Notes under the pieces: generated by a model
Told to the model about the DNA's origin: nothing
Databases searched by the model: none
The model's input: the letters and a program-made list of their open reading frames with translations, nothing else
From: Leptogorgia sarmentosa
Lineage: Eukaryota
Direction: 5' to 3'
DNA: 64,000 nt
Assembly (NCBI GenBank): GCA_964658305.1
Contig: OZ210885.1
Span: forward strand, 10,230,001 to 10,294,000
Program-made: the position numbers and the translations under genes
Shown: positions 42,001 to 54,000 of the stretch, in pieces
Position numbering within the stretch: position 1 is the first letter of the stretch
Layout: every line of letters begins with the position of its first letter

Positions 42001-45000
42001 TGCGCCTTTGCATGCATGATATAATACTCGTGTTATTTACCTGTAATCGTTTTCGCTCTGTGATTTGCTGTTCGGCATGTGGTATAATTCCAGCTACATC
42101 AATCGTAGGAACAGCATCTTCTTTCAATCTCCTTTTAATATTTAGCGATTTTGCTAATTCTAGATTCATATCATAGCTACGGATCTTCGAAGTGGGCTCA
42201 AAAATACCAAGAGGTCGCCGTTGCGTGAAAACCCTGTCTATGTTTACAGACAAATTTCACGCACTTATTCCGTCTCTGAGCATCTGTTTCTTCATTAGGG
42301 AATAGATGCATAGAGATTCCTTCAGTTTTGCTATCATTGACGCAGCTAACTAAGTTAGGACCGCCAGCAATACAGCGTTTTCCTCCGCGAGTAGCTTTAA
42401 GTCTATTAGAAATATACGCCATGTTGAAAATGGGTTACACTTGTGACATCACACGGCATTAAGATGGTGGTCGAAAAGTTCGCACGGAAGTAGCCAAAAA
42501 TCGCAACTTTGAAAGGCCATAAAATCCGTTTGAAAAGAGCAATTTTAATTCTGTTTGCGGTGAACATATTCGGAGAGTACAAGTACTTTAAAATATGCCA
42601 ATAAAAAGGGGTCGAAAAATTCGTTGCAGTAACACTGCAACTGAAGCGACTCAATCGTAGTGAGAAGTTATTGATTAACATACATTGTTTGGGCACTTAT
42701 AATAATGTAGAATAAACAAAAAAATGTTAAGATTTTAATTTGGAAAATCGAGGGATGTGTCTTTTCCAACAAAAAATGTCTTACGCACGAAATTTAAACG
42801 CTTGAAAGTCATTTTGAGTTGAGAAAACTGAAACTTTGTCGAGTTGTGTATTGCTTTTGAAAGTTTCAAGAACACAGCTGGTTGAGTTTAAACCCTCAAA
42901 AACGTCGCACAAACTTACGTTTTTTAGAATAATTAGCTGTTCGCATGCTTAATTTAGGCTTGCATACCTGTCTCCTGGTCTAAGATGCTGATTGAACCAT
43001 TCCTTAAACCACAAATGGCCAGAGTACAGCCTGCAGCATTGGTCGTGGCTAATGAGGATATGGCCGTATCAAACGTCTTTCGCGATATCTCAGAGCCTCC
43101 GAGATCCAGACACGAAGATTCCGGTAAAAGATAGCAGGTCTTCGTGCATGTTTCACGGAGTTGCTCTGATATCTTCTGTATCCACGGATACTCTTGATAC
43201 GATAGCAGTCTACCTGGAAAATAAATATACACAACAGTGTTATGATATATCCTCGCAAAATCATAATATTAGGCCTACATATTATCGTTCTTGCCTTTGC
43301 AACTTATTTTTATCATGGATGACTTTTTGATAGAAACTAGGGATCCAAGGATAGTGCAAAGTTTCTAAAGCCTAGGTCGAACGTCGAACTTTTCATGCGC
43401 TGAACCTAATGCAAATGAGCTCAAACAAAGAACTTGGCTCATTAACATTAGGTTCGGCACATGAAAAGTTCGACGTTTGACCTAGGCCTTAGAGGACATT
43501 AAAATCATATTTTTCAAAAGAAAACTAAGGAAACATTGTTGACGTGATACGAGAAAATAATCACTATTTTATTGTCTGGAAGCAACTGCCATCGCAGCAG
43601 CGCGCGTGTAAAGCAAATCAGATGAATCTCTGACCTCTGACCTTTTTGAAATTATATACACATCGTACTGAACAAATGATCTTAAAAGAGTTAAATCACA
43701 AAGTGGCACGCTACTTCTGCGTCTTAATAAAATATCCAGTTTATTCACAGTATCAGCCAACGTTAAATTTACTTTTGTATGCCTATATGTGGTTTAGTTC
43801 ATTTAGTAACGAAAATTCTGTAAATCCCCGGTATTTTCGGGCAAACAAACAGCCCAAGCTTAGTGATGCCGTCGACCAGTGTTGTCGAGTCGGAGACAGC
43901 GAAAACAAACACGAAAGCTATAAATGCGAAAGCTCGCAAATATGTTGCCTATCATCAGCCAATTTAAAATATGTGACGAGTTCTACTGTGTTACACATTT
44001 TAGTTTGCCCGCAATGTCGGCCAACTAAATTTTTAATATAAATACGCACGGCGGCTGTTAACAGTACTAAATTGTCCATGACAAATACAAGCAGTGGCGT
44101 AACAACCGGGGGGGGGGCAGGGGGGGCGAGCCGCCCCCCCACAAAAAAAATTGTCGGGAAATTTGTTCAAATTCTGTCTGTCGGGAAAATGAATTTGAAA
44201 CCTGCTTTAAAAAAATTGTAGGACTGTGAGACGTTCCACAATCCACAATAAAGTAAATCGAAAAGAATGAGACGAAAATATAATTGCTGTAGGCAACAAA
44301 ATATCTGTTAACATATTGGGGCGGTTGGCCCTTGAACGACATGAATGAAAGATTTGAATCTTTCAGGGAGACAGTTCTTCCATTTTCGTGTTTACATCCC
44401 AAAAATATCGGCAGAGAAGAATCTTTGGAATGCTTTAATCAACTAGTATGACGAGCTTTTTCAGACTGAAACTGATATCGTGAGTGAGTTCAAAAGTTTT
44501 CAATCATTTTGGAAGGAGGTTGACAGTAACACAAAACTGCTATTAAAACTACGGTTGCAGTTCTTAAGTTTTTGGTGGCATCTGAACTTCAGAACGTTTT
44601 TCCACATATCTTTAAACTTTGTCAAATTTGTGTAATTATTCCCTCATCAAGTGCATCTGCGGAACGTTCATTTAGTCGCATGAAACTCATTAAGACCTAC
44701 CTACGGACAACGATGAAGTCAAGTCGACTTAGCGCCTTAGCTACTCTAAGCATTGAACGAGAAGCTGCCCTAAATCTACCATATGATGATATCATTGACA
44801 CTTTTGCAACATCGAAGAAAATGCATGCCAAATTTTAACTCTATTAGTTTATTGTTTAAGTGAGTGCGTTATTGATCAATGCATGCAATAACCATTATTT
44901 AATTTTGTGGTTAGAACTTCGTAGATAGGTATTGATATTTTTGTTGTATAAAATTGTATACTGCAATGGGCATTGAAAATACATGTTGGGAATTGTTCAA

Positions 45001-48000
45001 TAAAGTATGTATTAGTATTATCGGACGCATATAATATTGTCATATTAATAGACGCAATTAATTATATTATCAATTGAATCAATTGAATATGTTATGTATC
45101 GGCCATTTATAGTTTCGAGGACCGCTAATTTAAACCTTAAACCAGCCGCTGCAGGGTGTAATATTACAAATATTGCGGTGTGCTGAATACTTCAAGACAA
45201 AAATATGAAGTCGCTTAATTGAGAAAACGAGTTAGGTACAAGATGACCTTTGTCTTACCAGTTACCCTTGTAAACGCGTATAAAATTTGTTAAATTTGTC
45301 GGGAAAATTTTGGCTTTGCCCCCCCCACAGCACCCCCACTTGTTACGCCACTGAATACAAGTTTTCTACTAATTCAAATCTCTAGATTCATTGCTGATAT
45401 ATAAAGAACATTTTAACTGCTTTATCAACGCATTCAGACATGTTGGCCACATTATATTATCATCACAGTCAGTGAATTACTGATTCACGGCCCCACTCAT
45501 AGCGTCCGCCATATTGTGTAATTTCATTCCCCAGAAGTGCTGAGTTGCAATTTTTGCAAAAACTGAAATTCCGGAGGGGCGTCCGCCATTGTGTACTGTA
45601 TTTCTGCGCTTCTTTGATCACATTTCACTTCTAACAAACTTTCATATCAATGAGAACAACTGCAAATAATGATGAGCAACGATATATAACTGCAATCGAA
45701 TCATTTATGTTCAAACATTTCAAAGATATCAGTCAAATACCGAGTTGCGCATGTCAGGAGAATTTGGGACGCTCCCCTCGGAGTTTACACTATGAATGAC
45801 TGAATGACTACATGACTACATGACTGATGTGAATTTTCGCCACTCATCACAATACTGCAAAGTTTCTTTGAAACTTTGCACTAAAAAGTAAAACCTAGTC
45901 GCCCTTCCTAATTTACATTATATAATAAAATTACGATATTATTTCTTTGAAGAGTTTTAATTGGTTAAGAGCTGTGTATGAAATGGTTATATCCGTTCGC
46001 CAAAAACGTATATGACATTTGGACATAATTTTCTCGTATATTGATAACTAACATACGACATTATTTTCTAAAATCTCGTGTATAATGGGAAATGTCTATT
46101 ATATTATTGAATTCGGCTCTCGTAGGACATGCGGAATTATCAGCTCTTTGCGTGTGCAGATAACACAAATCTCTGCTTCAATAATTGAACATTAATAGTA
46201 GACGAATTTTCAAAAACTTTCATTTCTAAGCGTCGTCGCGATTCATTGATTTTCACATAATGGGGCCATATAGGAAAATTCAGTTTGGGAATCGAGTAGA
46301 TCTCGTGCGAATATCAGAGTTGGCATTTAAAAAATTCCTAATGTAAGACATACATAAATGGTCTCAGCCCGTTTATTTTCTTATAAACCAACGAGGAATC
46401 TCAAACCGTCGAGTCGTTCTTCTCTGCAATCCATAATACCCTTTGAAGTATATTTCTACCGCACGATTGTTTCACGGAACTCAGACCCCGTCCACACTAG
46501 TGCGTTTTCGTTTGAAACCGCTGACATCGCCTGCTGAGCATGCTCTTTAGAGAAAAAAATGTGTGCCCGCATGCTCATCGGCTAATATAAATGCGAGTTT
46601 GTTTTGATCAAAACAGCACAGCTAAAACGCGCGCATTATTGGCTAATGTTAAAGTGTTACTGCAACGAATTTTTCGACCTCGTTTTTTTTGCCTTAAATA
46701 AATATTCAGGTCGAAAGATGAAATTTGGTGTATAGATGACTTTTGTACGTTCAGTGGAAGTAACTAAATTTCGCCTCCAAACTTCGATACCGGATGCGAC
46801 AAAAACAGCCGCCATTTTGTCACCTTGTGACGTCACAAGTGTAACACGTTTAGCGAAGCTACTAGTAAATTGTATTGCGTTAGAGCTATACTCTGTGTTT
46901 CTCGCGCTTTTTTGGCCGGAAAAAAATATCTTTTGAAACAAAACTTGACCATAGGCATTTTAAGACAATATATTCTGCTCATGTCGAGTAACGAGTCTGG
47001 CGGAGACCCGCAATCGTGTGAAAGTTCAAGTGAAACTGCATGACCCGGTGTCGGATGGCTGGTTAGTTCATGTCACATCGCACTGCTTTGCGTACGACGA
47101 CGAACCTATAGCAGAACCTGGGGAAACGAATTGTGTTCCAGAAGATCCAGATGGATAGTTGCCAGCAACTGTTGAACAAAGAAGCGACGGTAGAATAACT
47201 CTGGATCAGTGATAAGTGAAGGTTCAAGACTGTTTAGACTTTAGCCTAATTAAAATAGCAGACGTAGGCTAAATTTGAATGTATATTTTATTGCTTTTAT
47301 TTAATATTCATCTGTAATGATATATTGTTAATTTTGGTATCAATATATTGATATCAGTATAATTATTGATTCCACATTGCCGTCTAAATATCTCAGAACA
47401 AGTGTGTATGTAAAAGAGCCCAATTTTATATAGGCCCTTTCTTTTGGGCTTCCTTGCCTTCTATTTATTAAATTTGTAAATACTTAAGCTGTGGCAGAAT
47501 AAATTGATTTGATTTGATAAGGAAATTAGTCACAATTCATAGCAAGTTAATATTTAGCGATTTTGCTAACTCTAGATTCATATCATAGCACGAATCTTCG
47601 AAGTGAAGGCACGAGGTCGCCGTAGCGTCAAAACCCGGGTTATGTTTACAGACAAATTTCACGCACTTATTCCGTCTCTGAGCATCTGTTTCTTCATTAA
47701 GGAATAGATGCATAGATACTCCTTCAGTTTTGCTATCATTGACGCAGCTAACTAAGTCAGGACCGCCAGCAACGCAGAGTTTTCCTCCGCGAGTAGCTTT
47801 ACGTCTATTAGAAATATACGCCATGTTGACAATGTGTTACACTTGTGACGTCACACGGCATTAATATGGTGGTCGAAAATGTCGCACGGAAGTAGCCAAA
47901 AATCGCAACTTTGAAAGGCCATAAAATCCGTTTGAAAAGAGCAATTTTAATTCTGTTTGCGGTAAACATATTCGGAGAGTAAATACTTTAAAATAAGCCA

Positions 48001-51000
48001 ATAAAAAAGGGGTCGAAAAATTCGTTGCAGTAACACTTTAAGCTTTTTATTCAACGTCTTTTGTCTTGTTTGTGCTCATTAAACAAACCAACTTTTCATG
48101 GGAATGTCTAGAAGGTTTCACGATCACGTTTTCTAGCATGTCTCAAATGTTTTATACATCATGACCTACTTTTGTAGATAAACGTTCACCTTTTATATTC
48201 GTATTAAAATCATTGTTACTTAGCTGTAAACTATCATCGGATGTTGCTTTTGAACACTTTTGACACATTCCCAAGGTCATCTGCACTTTGATTCATACAA
48301 ATAAGCGTATCATAAGCGTAATTGTTTCATATATAATTTTTTCATAATTTCAGATAAGTCATAAGTTAGCATAGTTTCTCGATTACATAAGGCTCGCTGG
48401 CAAGTGAAGCGAGTGGCGATAACACGCTGGTTATTTCCTCGTCTTTTACTTTTAAAATCAGCTCACTGAAGAGTCAAGAGGTTTTCAGAAATGTCGTAAG
48501 GTTTGCTCTTCATTTTCTTCGATCGTATACGAACAACTCCTTGTGTGTTGGCACGAACTCATATAACGTTGTGCGACAGACACATTGATACGTATCGATC
48601 AGCCAGCTAATTATTTTCAATACATATGCAGCGCGTTGTGCACGTGTTCTGGTTTTATAATGATCTTTGGCAACTTACTCAACTGAGTGTATTTCCATAT
48701 TTAGTGAGCCAATCATCTTGAATTACCCAAAGCATGCTTTACACGTGCTATACGAGGTACTGCGTCATGCGTTGACGCACGTAATGCGACGATTACATTT
48801 GCTGTGATCATGATTACAGCATTTACATTTTGTGGCCTTGTGGTAGTCAAACATTGCTAACCACTTCACTGATTGACGGCCCCACTCTAAGCGTTCGCCA
48901 TGTTGTGTAGAAATTTTAATGCCCCGAATGAATGCTATGACATTGTGTACTCTAACTTGTGGGCTTCTTAGGTCACATTAGTGACATTACTCACCTAGCT
49001 TACTTTTCTATTCATTAGAGTAACTGCAAACCATGATGATCAACGATTTATAGCTACAATTGCATAATATTCGTAAGGATATCAGTCAATTATGGAGTTT
49101 GTACATGGCAAGATTTTGGGAAGCACCACCATGCCCGCCCCCCCCCCCCCCTCCCCCGAGTTTGCACTATGAATGAATGACTGATGTGAATTTTCCCGAC
49201 TCATCAAAATAATGCAAAATTTCTTCGAAACTTTGCACTAAATAGTGAGGCAACTTAAACAAATCATAGAAGAATGAGATAAATTAAAGTCCAAGATTTT
49301 GGGAAGCACCCCCATGCCCTCCCCCCCACCCCCCTCCCGAGTTTACACTATGAATGAATGACTGATGTGAATTTTCCCCACTCATCAAAATAATGCAAAA
49401 TTTCTTCGAAACTTTGCACTAAATAGTGAGGCAACTTAAACAAATCATAGAAGAATGAGATAATTTAGAGTTCATTATTTGAATTACCTAGGAGTTGAGG
49501 ACAGATTGAATCTGGATTTTCGTTGATGACATCGGCAGAGAACATTAACGAGGATTTGAGAAGTTGGATTTCCTCCGATTCTGTGTCCACAAAACGAAAA
49601 TCTGATATTACAGAGAATACGCTGACGTGTTTCACTTTTTGTTTGAGCCAGTGTAGATCAAACAGCAACTGGAGTAGTTCACCATGTCGTCCCGAAGAAT
49701 AAATGTGATAGGGTAGGTACTTGAAATAATAGTCTCTTTGGCAGCAAGTTGAATTATCATTCCAATCACCATCCACGCACAGGGCACGAAGTGTCTTTAC
49801 GAACTTATCCTGAACATCATTTAGTGTACCCATGTCTTGAAGTTTTGTCTGGGCAAAATCCAAAAGCAAGTCATGGACACGATAGCTTTTCTTTCCGTGG
49901 ATTTCAGGCCCTGAAATTGGTCGAAATGTTAGGAAATTTGTACTAGAGACGGACAATTTTTGAAATCTCAAAATCGCCGTTGAGTAGTATAGAAAGAGTT
50001 GTGCTATCAGGTTTTCGTAAATACGAAATGGCTTAGCCACAATAAGAATAATTACTGGCTATAGCGAGCCAAGAATAATGCAATATCTGTAAAAAGACAC
50101 ATAGACTTAAGGTAGTCCTTAATCTAATTCCTAAAAAGCAAAGAATGTTTTTTAATTCACATGATTCGCCTTATTATTACAAAATATCAATAAAGAAATT
50201 ACAATAGACACTACATGAAAATAGAAGGCAGGGCTAACCCACAAACTCCAATAACGGGATCCTCCAATAAGTTATGTTCAGAACTAGTTGATACATTTAC
50301 TAATAACATGAACTGGCTTTGATTAATATTAAGCCCTGATCAAACGAGATGCAAGTCATCGCAAGTTTTAACTTCTGGGCCATGGAAACGAGGTAGCAAA
50401 TGATTTGAAAAATGTTGGATAAGCAGGCAATGGAGTCAAATTGTTTAAAAGACAAGAGTTATTTACGTATTATTCGCCTTAGATAACATTCTACCTTACG
50501 CCTTCTCCCTATATTTCTGTTAATGAAGTCTTAATGAGACCATTCATATCATTCAAAAGAATTCTGGACGGTTGTACTAGATGTCTATAGTTGGATGCAA
50601 GTATTACTCACATTCACTTCGTACTCTTCGTGTTTACATGCAAAATCGACTTGAAGCAATGAAAATACGCGGTTAAGACACGCACACGTTGTTCGGTTTG
50701 GATTTCCCGTCATTCCATGCAGGATGAAATCTTGATCCACTTTGCAACCTGTATTACTGGTTCACTGAATGTTGTAAATTTTCGTGACTAATGACAATAC
50801 TGCAAAGTGAACTTCGCACTAAATATAAACATTTTTCGGTGGATTCCCAGATCAAAACTGTTAATATAAAACTATATATACCTTTTAAGATCAGCGACTT
50901 TCTCTCGAGCACAGCAAGTATATCTTTGTGTTTCTGAGGTTTGCGCGAAGTGTTTCCATTCTGGTTCTGTATCGAACACCACAGCAGCTCGAGTACATCT

Positions 51001-54000
51001 GACGGTATATCTGTATCCTCTGGAAATATAGCCAAATGAAGAAACATCTCGCGTACACTTTCGTCTAGGTGTTGATAGCTCACATCAATGACTGCTAAGA
51101 GGTTATCATAAGGATAATCGACTTTGGGAAATAATATACGAATTCTCTCCAGGTCAGCATTTTTAAGATCATCTAAAACATCCTCCCAGTCTTGTTCCGC
51201 ACGAGTGTCCGTTAAATTTGAACCCACCAGTGACAGAGCCAGCGGTAAACCTCGACACTGCTCTAACAGATCTGCAATAATTCGCCGTAAGTTTGGCGTT
51301 AACTGTTCGTCTGGACTTATCCCAGCGCTCTGATACAACAGCCCTCGGGATTTATCTTGTGGCATAATAACAAGTTCGTACTTGGTAATTCCCGAACCGC
51401 AGAGTACAGTAGCATCTCTAGTTGTTATTAATAATTGGCATTTGCCAGATAAGCAATTGAATACAGCAGCGTCGTCCACCTTCCAAACATCATCAACAAC
51501 AACCAAACAATCTTTATCCATCTAAAAATGAGTTGAAAACTAGCTCAAAAACCGTACCTGTTAACTGCATTCAAAGGTCGGAAAATTTACAACTCTTAGG
51601 GCCTGTTTACATGGAGGCGAGTTACCCGGTTGACCGAGTTACTCGCCTCGCCGGGAAAAAACAAGCGTTCTGTTTATATGGAACCGAGTTACTCGGCATT
51701 CATCTGTTCAACACACTGTAGTTACATGAAGTACCCTAACCTGGTGGTACATAGGATGTAATACGCATGCGTTGTTCGCAAATGTTCCTCCCGGCAAGCC
51801 GAGTTTCCCGGTCAAAGCGTTTACATGGTAAAATATTCATCTCGCCAGGGCGAGATCCCGCCTCTTTCCACCGGGAACTCGCCAAGGCGAGTTACCCGCT
51901 TGCGCCATGTAAACACTTCACCGGGAAACCTATAATTTTGTATTGAAGGCGAGTTACCCGGCAAAGCGAGTAACTCGGTCAACCGGGTAACTCGCCTCCA
52001 TGTAAACAGGCCCTACTGGCCAAGCCCTTCAAAGGCTCGCTTGCAATTTTTTAGTGGCATTTTCTGGCCTTTCTGATATATGGGGCACATGTTCATAGGT
52101 GGATTTATGACGAGTGTTCTGATTTTATTATTTCTGAATTCCGCACCTGGTTTAGTCTTTCACCTCAATCAAAGCGGAAATAATAAAAATCGCACTAGAA
52201 ATCGCTGCAAAAATTGCAAGTGTAAAAGAGTCCCAACTGCCAATGCATGAGATGAATGAGGTTTTTTAACGAACTGAGAAAGTACAGGTAATATTTATCA
52301 TTTATAGACCCGAAGGCAATATGAAGCAAATATTTCGACCATCAGTCAAGCCACATCAGTTGTATGCAAGTATATATTGTTTTCGGTTCACAAGAATGTA
52401 CGAGTTAACAATTGTGCTTTGTTTACAAATACTTACACGAGCTGGCTGTACAACGCACGAGAAATTTTCAATACTGAACGAGGCGAAGCCGAGTTAAAAT
52501 GTTAAATTTATTTTGAAAATTAAAGACAAGTAATAAAGCTTACAGCCTGGACAAGTGGTCGTGTGAAAGAAAAGACTTGGAAGAATTGCCACTATTCTAT
52601 CTTTAACGTCCATCTAACATCAGACTTCTACACTTAACGTCGCTTTAATTTACGTTTACCAACGCTGTACCGGATATATTTTTCTGTATTCGTGCAACTT
52701 GGCTATTCGAGCTACATCCCATTAAAAATCGTCCCTATCTTGAAAATAGCCCTATTACATTTTCCCACAAACATCAAATATAGCACAGCATACATACCGT
52801 GTATTTTCTTAACCAAGATTGCGCTGCAACAATATCACTGAACGACACATCTCCACCAAGGACTCTGACGAGGGTGTTAATCAGTTTCAAGCGATCAGGT
52901 GTTTGACCAATGTCAAGCCAGACAACTTGACGAGATTTTGAGACTTCCCAGGCAACAGCTTGTGCTAACACCGTCTTACCGAGGCCTCCCATTCCACGGA
53001 TACCAACGTCGCCACCATGACGTCCAACAACACCCACTTTATTTCCCTGCTTGAGTAACTCCAATATCTCGGTTACTTCTGATGGCCTTTCCACCATGTG
53101 AGCAGGTAGATTGCGTAATCCATACGGAACTAGAATATCGATTAAAAAATATAGATGATAATTTTGAAATCACTCTGCTGCACGCTTCAAATAATTGTGC
53201 ATACCAGAATGCATATTTGTATAATTTCAACTTTGAACATTAATTTCGTTCAATATTTTACGTCGCCCTGGCATGAAAATCTCTTGCTACAGTTTGCAGT
53301 GTATTGTTACTGAAGTGAGTCTAAACTTTATTTAAACTTTACCAAGAAAAGCAATTTGTAGTGTGCTTTACGATTATTGATGAGAAGTTTCTACGTTGTG
53401 GCTGTTCCTGTTTGGTCGTTTATGCTTGCGCGCGCAGAAGGTGCTAATTGGTACAGTCTTTCCTCACCACCTGTACTGCAGGGTGAGAGAACTTGGAGTA
53501 CGTTATGATTTTGAAGTGCTGTCCACTGAGTGCAGTGGTGATATAAAGATATGTAATATCAAACTACCATTCCTAATCATCGAGGTCACTCGTGCATACT
53601 ATATCGAAATTGCATTCGAAACCATGCCAATATGTACCTATACAAATAAGAATTAGACATTCTAGGGTATGATTCGGCTTCTGGACAGCCGACGTTTCAT
53701 TGTATATATCGCGCAGCGTCCATTTCAGTTGAAGCTTTCAAATCATGCTATAGAATAAAGCTATAAAAATCATTTACAGCATGGATTTTTAGAAAGTAGT
53801 ACAAACGAACAGTGACATCTCGGCAATCAGAGCCTCTAAAGTAACAGAAGTGGCAACCAGCAAGCTGGCCAGTCTCTTCATACAAGTCACATAATTTTGC
53901 CGACAGAACACTTTTCCTAACGCCGGGACATCCATCGCGAAGCCATTTTTCAAAGTCGTCAAAGAACCATTGTCTGGTCCCTTCTTGAAATTTTCGAATA

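Noticed and set aside
11742..53129. Calling the gene APAF1
   Set aside because: No CARD exon found, and orthology cannot be established without a phylogeny.
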